Below are positions 39,906 through 48,911 of a stretch of DNA of 64,000 nt, in pieces (the first letter of the stretch is position 1; the number at the start of each line of letters is the position of its first letter). The notes beneath the pieces were generated by a model. That model was not told where the DNA came from, made no database searches, and was given only the letters and a program-made list of their open reading frames with translations. The stretch comes from Polyangiales bacterium (GTDB lineage: Bacteria > Myxococcota_A > Polyangia > Polyangiales > Polyangiaceae), in contig JBBRLQ010000014.1 in assembly GCA_038231275.1 (NCBI GenBank), positions 128,001 through 192,000 on the forward strand, in the 5' to 3' direction. The position numbers and the translations under genes were made by a program.

Positions 39906-41044
39906 GAGTCCCCGAGCCACGGGCGGAGCATGCGCGCCACCTCGCTCGAGGGACTCCTCCGAGGCCCCAAGATGCCTTCGACCTCGGCGCACGCGCGGAG
40001 CATCTCTTCGCGTGTCTCGAGCACCTCGCCCAGCGTGCTGGCGAGCCGTGAGACCGTGAGCTCGCGCTGTACGAGCTCGGGGAAGGCGCGGCGGCCGAGC
40101 AGCACGTTGGGCAGCGCAACGTGCTCGGTCGTCAGGAAGCGACGCGCGGCGAGCTCGGTCAAGAGGCCCACTTTGTAGGTGACGATCGGGATCGCGCGGG
40201 CGAGGGCCGCTTCGAGCGCCGCGGTGCCCGACGCGCAGAGCGACGCGTCGAACGCGCGGAGGACCGTTTGCGCGCCGCCCGCGGGGTCCACGGTCGCCGT
40301 TTCGACGCGAAGGGTGCGCGCTTGCGTCACCGCCCACGCGCGCGTGTCGTCGTCGAGGCTCGGCGCGAGGAGGATGCGCGCGTCGACGCTCGCGCGCTCG
40401 CGCCGCACGAGCTCGTAGGCCTCGAGCATCGGCCGAAGGAGCTTTCGGACCTCGTGCGGCCGGCTCCCCGGCAAGATCGCGACCGCCCACGCGTACGGCG
40501 TGAGCCCCAGCTTCTCGCGCGCGGCGGCGCGATCGAGCCCGGGGTCTTCCATCGCAGGGTGACCGACGTAGTGCGCGTCCACGCCTTGCTCTCTCCAGAG
40601 CGCTTCTTCGAAGGGCAGGATGACCGCCATTCGATCGATGTCACGCCGTAACGTGCGCGCGCGAGATGCGCGCCACGCCCAGATTTGCGGGGCGATGTAC
40701 CAGAGCACGCGGACGCCAGCGTCGTGGAGGGCGTGGGCGATACGCGCGTTGAACTCGGTGTAGTTGACCAGCAACGCTGCGCGCGGCTTCCTCCGGCGCG
40801 CCTCTCCGAGAACGCCGGCGAGCGCGGTGCCGATCGAGAGCGCGCGCGCCGCGACCTCGCCGACGCCGAGCGCGGTGCTGGCGCGCAGATCGAACGCGAG
40901 CGTAGCGCCCGCAGCGGCGAGCGCCGCGCCGCCGAGCCCGAACGCGCGCGCACCCCCGAGCGCGCGGACGACTCCGGCGGCGGCGCGATCTCCGGAGGCT
41001 TCGCCTGCCACGACGAGGAGCTCGCCGCCGCTCGTCCCCGTCAC
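39902..41044 (-). CDS. lpxB: Lipid-A-disaccharide synthase
   Basis: VAGEASGD, PQIWAWR, ILPFE, YVGHP, LPGSRPHE, ASGT, LPN, PELVQ. Confidence 0.93.
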   Translation of the reverse strand: MTGTSGGELLVVAGEASGDRAAAGVVRALGGARAFGLGGAALAAAGATLAFDLRASTALGVGEVAARALSIGTALAGVLGEARRRKPRAALLVNYTEFNARIAHALHDAGVRVLWYIAPQIWAWRASRARTLRRDIDRMAVILPFEEALWREQGVDAHYVGHPAMEDPGLDRAAAREKLGLTPYAWAVAILPGSRPHEVRKLLRPMLEAYELVRRERASVDARILLAPSLDDDTRAWAVTQARTLRVETATVDPAGGAQTVLRAFDASLCASGTAALEAALARAIPIVTYKVGLLTELAARRFLTTEHVALPNVLLGRRAFPELVQRELTVSRLASTLGEVLETREEMLRACAEVEGILGPRRSPSSEVARMLRPWLGDS

Positions 41045-42201
41045 GGAGGCGGTCCTTCCAGCGCGCGGAGGATCTCGGCGCCGTACCGCGCGACGCGGAA
41101 CTCACCGACGCCCGGCGTCCGGGCGAGCTCCTCGGGCGTGCGCGGCGACTCTTCGGCGAGGTCCTTCACGCAGTGCCCTGGCAAGACGACCTGCTCGTCG
41201 ACGCCGCGCGCCTTTGCGGCCTCTCGCCGCCACGCCATCACGCGCGTCTCTCTCGCGCGTTGAGCCTTCGCGATCGCGGGCGCGAGGCGCGGGCGCTCGA
41301 GCATCATCCGCTCTTCCTCGGGAATCGGCCCGTCGTCGAGTCCCTCGCCTACCGCGCGCAGCATCGGCTCGGCCAGCGCCCCTGCGCGGGGGCCTTGCGT
41401 CGCGCCGCGCACGCGGACAAGCTCGTCGATCGTGCGGGGCTTGGCCTTCGCGACCGCGAGGAGCACGTCGTTGCCGAGCACTTTGTACGGGGGCACGTCG
41501 AGGCGCGCCGACTCACGCTCACGCAGCGCCGCCACGCGCCGGAGCACCGGCAAATCCGCAGGCGGCACGCGATCGACGCCTTTGATGCGCACGTACGGCG
41601 GCCGCGGATCAGGCGTCGCCGCCGACGCCTGCGCGGTTCCCAGGCGGTAGCGCGTCTCCTCCTCGATCTCCTCGGTGATGCCGGCCGTCGTCGCGGCGCC
41701 CCACAATGCGTCGTCGAGCGCCTCGAGGTGGAGGACGTCCGACGCGAGGTAGGCGAGCGCCGCCGCGTCGAACGGTCGCCGTCTCCAGTCGTGATGCTGC
41801 ATCGACTTGTCGACGGTGACGCCGAGCTCGCTCGAGAGAAGCGCGCCGAGGCCGGTGGCCGCCTTTCCCAGCATGCGCGCGGTGAGCGAGGTGTCGTGGC
41901 ACCGCCCCAGCGCGACGCCGACCTCCGCGAGCATGCGCGCGTCGAACGCGACGTCGTGCACGACCTTGATCGGCCCGCGCTCGCCGAGCAGCTCCTTCAG
42001 CGCGTCGAGCTTCGCGGTCAGCCCGTCGACGATCGTGACCTCGGTGCCGCCCGCGAGCTGGATGACGCAGACCGACGCGCGGTAGGCGAAGAGTCCGTTG
42101 GACTCGAGGTCGAACGCGATGCGATCGTGCACGGCGAGGCGCGACGCGGCGTCGGCCACGTCCGCGTCGCGGATCGCGAGGATCGCCGGACCGTTCGCCA
42201 T
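41041..42201 (-). CDS. rnd: Ribonuclease D
   Basis: AFDLE, CVIQL, DT, DWRRRP, YLASDV DEDDy motifs; two HRDC-like domains. Confidence 0.88.
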   Translation of the reverse strand: MANGPAILAIRDADVADAASRLAVHDRIAFDLESNGLFAYRASVCVIQLAGGTEVTIVDGLTAKLDALKELLGERGPIKVVHDVAFDARMLAEVGVALGRCHDTSLTARMLGKAATGLGALLSSELGVTVDKSMQHHDWRRRPFDAAALAYLASDVLHLEALDDALWGAATTAGITEEIEEETRYRLGTAQASAATPDPRPPYVRIKGVDRVPPADLPVLRRVAALRERESARLDVPPYKVLGNDVLLAVAKAKPRTIDELVRVRGATQGPRAGALAEPMLRAVGEGLDDGPIPEEERMMLERPRLAPAIAKAQRARETRVMAWRREAAKARGVDEQVVLPGHCVKDLAEESPRTPEELARTPGVGEFRVARYGAEILRALEGPPP

Positions 42202-43151
42202 CAGCGCGCGCGCGATCGCCTACGCCGCAAGATCAGGACCGCGCCGAGGGCGCTCGCGAGCGCGAAGGCCCGGGACGCGCTGCCCTCGCCGGCCTCGCCC
42301 GCCGCGATCGGCGCGATCGCGTTGCCGGTGCAGCCCTTCTTCACCTGCGGCGCGCACTGCGTCGTGAAGCCGTGGCGCGGCGTCGGATCGCACGCGTCCT
42401 CGGGGAACGACGTGCTGCCTGCGAGCGTGCGCTGCCCACTAGGCAGGTAGACCGAGCAGATGCCCGCGACGTCGTCGCTCGTGAGGTTGCGCATCGCCGT
42501 CGAGCCCGGCTGGTAGTGCGCGAACATCGTCGCGTGGGAGTCGCCGGAGTGCGCGAGGCCCAGGAAATGCCCGGTCTCGTGCGTCACGATGCTGGCGAAA
42601 TCGTAGCCGTCGCTAGGGATCGGATCGGCGTTCGCGACGCGCTGCTGGAAGGTGTTCACCTCCATGTCCGCGTCGTAAATCTCGCCGGTGTCGGGGTTGA
42701 ACGTCACCGTCGTGAGGGCCAGGGTGTTGTTGACGTCGTTGTGAGGCCAGCTGTCGTCGCGGAAGACGATGACGTGCTGGTTGCCGAAATCTTGGTTGTA
42801 CTGGACGATGTTGCAGTCGACCGGTCCGAGATCGCGCACGTCGATGCTCGCGCGCGATGTCGATGTGCCGTCGGTCGGGCAGGTCGCGCTCGTCCACCGC
42901 GTGAAGGCGCGCGTGATCGCCTGCGACGCGTCGTCGTACGAGAGCTGACGGCTTGCGTCGCGCTGAATGCTGTAGCCGACGCACGCGTTGCGCCAAAAGA
43001 GGGGGTGCCCCTGGTCCCAGCACTGATCGATGCGCGGCTGGAAATCGGCGGGGACGCTGATCGTGGTCGTTCGGCAGAACGCGCCCGCGCTCGCCGTCAC
43101 GAAGAGGCAGGTGAGGAGCGACGCCGCGAACGCTACGTCACTTCGACGCAT
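42201..43151 (-). CDS. Matrixin-family (metzincin) metalloprotease with MYXO-CTERM-like sorting signal
   Basis: Signal peptide; HETGHFLGLAH, Met-turn ATMF, DDVAGIC; C-terminal KKGC, hydrophobic helix, RRRRSRAR. Confidence 0.88.
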   Translation of the reverse strand: MRRSDVAFAASLLTCLFVTASAGAFCRTTTISVPADFQPRIDQCWDQGHPLFWRNACVGYSIQRDASRQLSYDDASQAITRAFTRWTSATCPTDGTSTSRASIDVRDLGPVDCNIVQYNQDFGNQHVIVFRDDSWPHNDVNNTLALTTVTFNPDTGEIYDADMEVNTFQQRVANADPIPSDGYDFASIVTHETGHFLGLAHSGDSHATMFAHYQPGSTAMRNLTSDDVAGICSVYLPSGQRTLAGSTSFPEDACDPTPRHGFTTQCAPQVKKGCTGNAIAPIAAGEAGEGSASRAFALASALGAVLILRRRRSRAR

Positions 43152-43785
43152 GCAGGCGCTTCCACGCCGTGGAGATGTCGCGGATGCCGTCGTCGAGCTT
43201 CTTGTTGTGCAGGGCCTCGTGCGCGAGCATCGGGCTCGCGGGGGCGAGGGCCGGTGAGACGGGCGCGTTGGCAGGGTTGGTTGCGTTGGTCGCGGCCGCC
43301 GGCTTCGGCGGGAGCAGCACACCGACGGCGCTGCTGCGCGCGAGGCGCGGGGTCTTGGTCTCGTCGAGCGTCACCGCGAACTGACCTTGCGCACGCGCGG
43401 TGACCTCCATCGTGCCGGCCGTGCCGGCGCGGAGAAAGAGGAGGGAAGGGCGCCCCGTCGTGAGGACCGGCTCACCGTCCACCAGCTGGCCTATGTGCCC
43501 CACCACGCCACCGAGCGTTCGGATCCACGCCTCGCTGCCCGTCGCGAGCTCGCCCGCCACGGCTTGGTCGGCGCGAACGCGGGTGTAGGTGTAAATCCGG
43601 CCGTCCTCCCAGACGCTTCTCTGCTCGACCGGAGTCACCAGCGCCACTGCGCTGCTCTCCCGCACGAGGGCGTCGAAGGCGACCGCAATGGACACGGATG
43701 CCTGCGCATCGGTCGCAATCATGGCGCCGAGGGGAAGGGAAAGGAACAAGGACGCGGCGAGGACCGCCGTTCGCGGAAAGCGCAT
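43138..43785 (-). CDS. Secreted hypothetical protein, putative matrixin partner
   Basis: Signal peptide AQA; SVWEDGRIYT and RTLGGVVG...VDGEPVL..G...LLFL pattern; overlaps the protease start. Confidence 0.7.
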   Translation of the reverse strand: MRFPRTAVLAASLFLSLPLGAMIATDAQASVSIAVAFDALVRESSAVALVTPVEQRSVWEDGRIYTYTRVRADQAVAGELATGSEAWIRTLGGVVGHIGQLVDGEPVLTTGRPSLLFLRAGTAGTMEVTARAQGQFAVTLDETKTPRLARSSAVGVLLPPKPAAATNATNPANAPVSPALAPASPMLAHEALHNKKLDDGIRDISTAWKRLHASK

Positions 43786-43844
43786 CGCACGCAGAGTGTA
43801 GCACATGCAGCGAGGCGGGGCCTGAGCTACCGTGAGGCACGGTC

Positions 43845-44915
43845 ATGGTGGCTGCTGGCCAGCTCCTCGCTCGAAAATACCGGGTAGATCGCGTCCTCGG
43901 CGAGGGGGGGATGGGGCTCCTGGTCGCCGCGACCGACCTCTCGCGCCACGACCGCGTTGCACTCAAGCTGATGCGCCCCGAGGCGCTCCAGAGCCCCGAG
44001 CTGGTCGAACGTTTCCGTCGTGAGGCGGCCACGGCCGCGCGACTGACGAGCGCCAACGTCGTGCGCGTGCGCGACGTCGGTCAGCTCGAGGGCGGCGCTC
44101 CGTACCTCGCGATGGAGCTGCTCGAAGGGGAGGACGTCGCCGCCATCCTCGCGCGCTGCGGGCCGATGCCGGTGACCGGCGCGATCGACATCATCCTCCA
44201 GACGTGTGACGCGCTCGCCGAGGCGCACGCGATGGGCATCGTTCACCGCGACGTCTCACCTGCGAACGTCTTCGTCGCGCGCACGCCGGCCGGCCCGGTC
44301 GTCAAGGTGCTCGACTTCGGCGTCGCGACGGCCGGGCCCGTGGGCGGAAACGTCTCGTCGATGACGCGCACCGGCACCGTCCTCGGCTGCCCGTTCTACG
44401 CCTCGCCCGAGCAGCTCCAGAGCTCGAAGCACGTCGACGCGCGGAGCGATCTCTGGTCGGTCGGCGCCGTGCTCTATGAGCTGCTCACCGGTCATCCCCC
44501 CTATGTCGCCGATTCGCTCGGCGGCCTCCTCGGCGCGGTGATGCTCACCGACCCTGCGAAGATCCGCGACACGCGGCCCGACGTCCCGCCCGAGCTCGAG
44601 GCCGTGATCCTGCGCTGCCTCACGCGCGAGCGCGACGGTCGCTTCGCAAGCGCGCGTGAGCTCGGCCTGGCGCTCGCGCCCTTCCGCGCCCCTCCGCCGT
44701 CGCTTCGGCCGCCCAGCCCCGCGCCGCGAAGCCTCGCGCCGTCGCCTCTCCACATGCAGTCGCCCGTCGCTGCGCCGCGCTCTTCCACGTGGACGATCGC
44801 CGTCTCCGTCGTGCTGCTCGCGCTCGTGGTCGCAGCGGCCGTCGGGGTCACATGGGTCCACCGCCACGGCGGCTTCCGCAAGGTCTACCAGCGGACCAGC
44901 GCGCAGCCCCAGTGA
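43845..44915 (+). CDS. Ser/Thr protein kinase with C-terminal TM anchor
   Basis: GEGGMG, VALK, HRDVSPAN, DFG, SPEQ, DLWSVG. Confidence 0.9.
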   Translation: MVAAGQLLARKYRVDRVLGEGGMGLLVAATDLSRHDRVALKLMRPEALQSPELVERFRREAATAARLTSANVVRVRDVGQLEGGAPYLAMELLEGEDVAAILARCGPMPVTGAIDIILQTCDALAEAHAMGIVHRDVSPANVFVARTPAGPVVKVLDFGVATAGPVGGNVSSMTRTGTVLGCPFYASPEQLQSSKHVDARSDLWSVGAVLYELLTGHPPYVADSLGGLLGAVMLTDPAKIRDTRPDVPPELEAVILRCLTRERDGRFASARELGLALAPFRAPPPSLRPPSPAPRSLAPSPLHMQSPVAAPRSSTWTIAVSVVLLALVVAAAVGVTWVHRHGGFRKVYQRTSAQPQ

Positions 44916-45940
44916 ATCCCGGCGCCGAGGGCGAGCATCATGTTGAGCTCGCCCTTCTTCAGCATGCCCTTGCGCGTGCACTCGTCGATCAAGATCGGGA
45001 GCGTCCCCGCTGACGTGTTGCCGAAGCGCTCGATGTTCATCGGCATGCGTTCCTTGGCCACGCCGAGGTGCTCGCGGATGTACTCGTTGATGCGCTGGTT
45101 GGCCTGGTGGGCGAGGAACCAGTCGATGTCGGCGATCGCCGTGCCCGTCTCTTTGCATAGCGCGCGCGCCGTCTCGGGGAGCTTCGTCACGGCGAATTTG
45201 AAGAGGTCGCGCCCTTCCATGAGCGGCACGTACATCTGATCGTCGAAGTGGTCGGCCTTCCAGTACGGACGCGTGCGAAAGCCGCCGCCCGGCACGTAGA
45301 GGAGCTTCGCCGCGCGCCCGTCGGTGTGCACTTTGATGCCGCGGAGACCCGCGTCGCGATCGGTCGCGCGGAAGACGAGCGCGCCGGCGCCGTCGCCGAA
45401 CAGGACGGCGAGCGCGCGGTGCTTGTCGGCCTTGGCCTTCTCTTCGTCCGAGACTTTCCGGTCGGAGCGGCCCTCGAGCACGTCCCAGTCGTGCCACGGC
45501 ATGAAGCCGGCGTGCGCCTCTGCGCCGATGAAGAGGATGGTCTTCGCCGCCTTGCTCTGGATGAGCCCGTCGACGAGCTGAAGGCCGAAGATCATCGCCG
45601 CGCACTGCTGGCGGATGTCGAGCCCCGGCACGCCCGCGATGCCGAGCTTCGCGCCGACGAGCGCTGCCGAGCCCGGGAAGATGTAATCGGGCGTCATCGT
45701 CGCGAAGACGATGTAGTCGATGTCCGCCGGCGAGATGCCCGCGGCCTCGATGGCGCGCTTGGCCGCCTCGACGCCGAGATCGCTCGCGCCCACGCCCTCT
45801 GGCGCGTAGTGGCGCTGGCGGATGCCCGAGCGCTTGTAGATCCACTCGTCGGACGTGTTCATCACGCGCGACAGATCGTCGTTCGTCACCGGCGTGCCGG
45901 GGACGTAGTGGCCGGTGCCGATGATCTCGAACCCAGGCAT
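44885..45940 (-). CDS. fabH: 3-oxoacyl-ACP synthase III family protein
   Basis: TSDEWI..RSGI, catalytic QQC, LFGDGAGA, HQAN, GNTS. Confidence 0.88.
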   Translation of the reverse strand: MPGFEIIGTGHYVPGTPVTNDDLSRVMNTSDEWIYKRSGIRQRHYAPEGVGASDLGVEAAKRAIEAAGISPADIDYIVFATMTPDYIFPGSAALVGAKLGIAGVPGLDIRQQCAAMIFGLQLVDGLIQSKAAKTILFIGAEAHAGFMPWHDWDVLEGRSDRKVSDEEKAKADKHRALAVLFGDGAGALVFRATDRDAGLRGIKVHTDGRAAKLLYVPGGGFRTRPYWKADHFDDQMYVPLMEGRDLFKFAVTKLPETARALCKETGTAIADIDWFLAHQANQRINEYIREHLGVAKERMPMNIERFGNTSAGTLPILIDECTRKGMLKKGELNMMLALGAGIHWGCALVRW

Positions 45941-45993
45941 CGGGCCAGGGTGTTAGATCCGAGGGCGCCCAAAGGCGAGAAATAATCGTGTCA

Positions 45994-47145
45994 TCATTTG
46001 GCCACGCGCAGCACCAGCCCTGCGCCTTTGGCGGCCCAGTAGACGAACTTGTCGTCGAGCGCGATCCCCCACGGCTGGATCTGACCGGTCGCGAGCGTCG
46101 TCACGGTCCCGCCGCCGACCGGGACGCGCTTGAGGGTGCCGTCGCCCTCGTTGGTCCAGTATGCGTAGTTGCCGTCGACGGCGATGCTGCGCGGCAGGCT
46201 CTCGCGAGGCGATAGGACGATCTGCTCGGTGCCGTCGATGTTCACACGCCCGATGGCACCGCCGGCGTCGGCCGCGGCGTGGCTCGTATAAAAGAGGTAG
46301 TTACTGAACACGGCGAGGCCGAACGGCACCGTAGCCTTGGCGACCGAGCTTGTCGTGCCGCCACCGATCGGGACGCGCGCGATCTCGCCGTCGAGGACCG
46401 CGGTCCAGTAGACGTTGGTGCCGTCGGTGACGAGATCCTTCGGGCTGTTCGTGGGCGACGACAGGACGGTGAGGCCCGTGCCGTCGACGCCGACGCGTTG
46501 GACCGCGCCGGCGTCCGGATCTTCGGTGACGAAGAACACGGAGCTCGTGGTCACCGCGAGGCCGCGCGGCGACCCTTGGGGGCCCGTGAGGTCGAGCGGG
46601 TTGCCGCCGTCGAGATCGAGCGCCGTGACCACGCCGCCCGTCACGTCGTCGGCGAAGTAGACGCGCGGCCCGGCGACGCGGATGACCCACGGCGTGCCGA
46701 GGCCCTTGGCGATCACCACGCGGCCGCTGCCGTCGGCGTTCGCACGCATCACCGTGCCGCTGCCGCTGTTCGTCCAGTAGACGACGCCGTCGGACACCGC
46801 GACGTACGCGGGGAGGTTCTGCCCCGACGCCACGAGGGTGGGCTGGCATACCGCGCCGAGGCACGCGGCGCCGATGCAGTCGTGCCCGCAGGCGCCGCAG
46901 TTCTTCGGATCCACTTCGAGCTGCACGTTGCACGCGCTCGTCCCGCACCGCGCGAAGCCCGGCGTGCAGCCATCTTCTGCCGGCGCGTCGGGCGGGGGCG
47001 CGGCGTCGCCCGCGTCGTCCACCGTTACGTCGGCCATGCTCGCGTCTCCTGCCGCGACGAGAAGGCTCGTGTCGTAGATGGCGCACGCCGACCACGATGC
47101 GCCGGCAAATCCCAGCGCGAAGAGGACGAACGCCGCGCGCTTCAC
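45994..47145 (-). CDS. Lipoprotein with Cys-rich motif and YWT-type beta-propeller
   Basis: Lipobox WSAC; DPKNCGACGHDC; repeated IAVD..xYWT blades. Confidence 0.78.
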   Translation of the reverse strand: MKRAAFVLFALGFAGASWSACAIYDTSLLVAAGDASMADVTVDDAGDAAPPPDAPAEDGCTPGFARCGTSACNVQLEVDPKNCGACGHDCIGAACLGAVCQPTLVASGQNLPAYVAVSDGVVYWTNSGSGTVMRANADGSGRVVIAKGLGTPWVIRVAGPRVYFADDVTGGVVTALDLDGGNPLDLTGPQGSPRGLAVTTSSVFFVTEDPDAGAVQRVGVDGTGLTVLSSPTNSPKDLVTDGTNVYWTAVLDGEIARVPIGGGTTSSVAKATVPFGLAVFSNYLFYTSHAAADAGGAIGRVNIDGTEQIVLSPRESLPRSIAVDGNYAYWTNEGDGTLKRVPVGGGTVTTLATGQIQPWGIALDDKFVYWAAKGAGLVLRVAK

Positions 47146-47164
47146 AAGGAGAGGATAGCTCGTT

Positions 47165-48076
47165 TCAGGCCCCTTTGCGGGGGCTCCGCGAGAGGCCGAG
47201 CACCGTGAGCGGCTCGTCCGATCGGTCCATCGTGAGGACGTCGCCGATGGTGCTGTCGTAGATGGTGTGGTGGCCGTCGAGGAAGATCTTCGCCTCGCGC
47301 ATCTTGCTGCGAAGCTCGATGCGCCCGCCGTCCGGCGCGAGGCCGACGACGAGCTTGAGCGGCACGCCGTACGGCGTGTACGGCTCGCGAACGACGTACT
47401 GGATGCGCCGTGACGACAGCGGCAAGACGCGACCCCCCGCGCTCTTTTGCGCGGCGGTCGAGCCGGCGGCGGGTCCGATCCAAAGCCCGCTCGAGCGCTG
47501 CTCCTCTTCGCCCAGCGCCTCGCCCTTGGGGCCGAAGACGCGCAGAATGTACTTCGACGTCGCGGCCGGAGACGCCGCGCAGAAGAGCGCCTCGTTGAGC
47601 ACGCGCCCGTGGAGGATACGGTCGTTGAGTCGCACGCGCATGCGCGACAGCACCATGCGCTTGAGCGAGCCGTCGAGCGCGGACTTCAGCGTCGCCAGAA
47701 CCGAGCCTTTGCGCGCCGCGCAGAAGAAGCCCACAGAGTGCTCCGGCGCGCTGTTGACGCCGAGGAGCGGCACGCCCTGACCGATCTGGTGCGACGCGGA
47801 AAGGAGCGTCCCGTCGCCGCCGACTGTCACGATCAGGTCGAACGCGCCGACGATGTTGGAGCGAGGCCCGTCGACGAAGACCGTCTCCGCCCCGACCTCG
47901 GCGAGCGCGGCGCGCACTTCGCGCACCGTGGCCTCGTGATCGTCGTGCGAGCCGCGCATGCGGCGGACCGTGACGTCTCCCTTGGCTAGGAGGCTTTTGA
48001 TGCGCGGATCGCCGTCTTGTTCGACCAGCTTGCGGAAGCTCGTGCGCTTGCAGAGGACGAGGACCTTGAGCGTCAC
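47165..48076 (-). CDS. nadK: NAD kinase
   Basis: VGGDGTLL, GVN, LNE, GSTA..SAGG motifs. Confidence 0.88.
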   Translation of the reverse strand: MTLKVLVLCKRTSFRKLVEQDGDPRIKSLLAKGDVTVRRMRGSHDDHEATVREVRAALAEVGAETVFVDGPRSNIVGAFDLIVTVGGDGTLLSASHQIGQGVPLLGVNSAPEHSVGFFCAARKGSVLATLKSALDGSLKRMVLSRMRVRLNDRILHGRVLNEALFCAASPAATSKYILRVFGPKGEALGEEEQRSSGLWIGPAAGSTAAQKSAGGRVLPLSSRRIQYVVREPYTPYGVPLKLVVGLAPDGGRIELRSKMREAKIFLDGHHTIYDSTIGDVLTMDRSDEPLTVLGLSRSPRKGA

Positions 48077-48732
48077 GTCATGACCTCGACGAGTCGCCGC
48101 AGCGCGAGCTCGGTCTTCGCGTCGCGCAGCCTCCCGGCGCGCGCGTGCGCGAGGGCGTCGTCCAGCGTCATTTCGGCGATGTGGGCGCCGCGCTCCAGCG
48201 CCGAGCCGTCCTCCGAGGGGACGCGCCGCGCGGCAGGATCGACCTCGACGTGAAAGTACACGTGCCGCTCGCCGATGATGCCGGGCGCCGGGTAGGTGTA
48301 CGGGCCGAGCTCGCGAAGCGCCGACGCGTCGAGCGCGTAGCCGAGCTCTTCCTCGAGCTCACGCGCGCCGGCCTCGCGCGGGGTCTCCCCCGGATCGATC
48401 AGCCCGGCCACGGTCTCCCACAGCGCGCCCTCCGCGTCGTCCGGCGCGCCGAGCTCGCGGAAGGTGATCGGCGGCCGCACGCACGACCTCAAGAACACGT
48501 GACGCCCGCCCTCACGCACGAAGTGGGCGAGCACCACCACCGCGTCGAACGACGCGCGATCGCACATGTCGTAGGCGAACGGCTCACTCTTCGACCCGTC
48601 GGGGTACGTTGCGACCACGTCGACACGCTTGAGGTTCAAGAACCCGCCGGTCGCCGCGGCGCCCGCCGTTTTGTCGCGATGGAGGCGCAGAGCAATCCGC
48701 GGCGGGTCGGGGAGGGGAGCCTCGGGCGGCAC
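48073..48732 (-). CDS. NUDIX hydrolase (ADP-ribose pyrophosphatase-like)
   Basis: Nudix box GLIDPGETPREAGARELEEELGY, PG..GE, DAKT. Confidence 0.88.
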   Translation of the reverse strand: MPPEAPLPDPPRIALRLHRDKTAGAAATGGFLNLKRVDVVATYPDGSKSEPFAYDMCDRASFDAVVVLAHFVREGGRHVFLRSCVRPPITFRELGAPDDAEGALWETVAGLIDPGETPREAGARELEEELGYALDASALRELGPYTYPAPGIIGERHVYFHVEVDPAARRVPSEDGSALERGAHIAEMTLDDALAHARAGRLRDAKTELALRRLVEVMT

Positions 48733-48854
48733 GGGAGGGAAATCGTAGCATTCAATGACTTGCCAAAGGAATATCGGGAGAGGATCGGCGCGTACGATTT
48801 GCTAGAGTTAATCGCGAGGTAGGCCCTCGCCTCCGTGAACAATTTTTCAAGCAA

Positions 48855-48879
48855 GGAACTTTGTCGCGTGTCGAACGTC
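48855..48879 (+). promoter_or_regulatory. Candidate ECF sigma promoter of the MoxR/VWA operon
   Basis: GGAAC-N16-CGTC in an AT-richer intergenic region, about 30 nt upstream of the start codon. Confidence 0.55.
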
Positions 48880-48911
48880 ACAGCCATGAAGAGGATGACC
48901 ACGTTGGGCGC

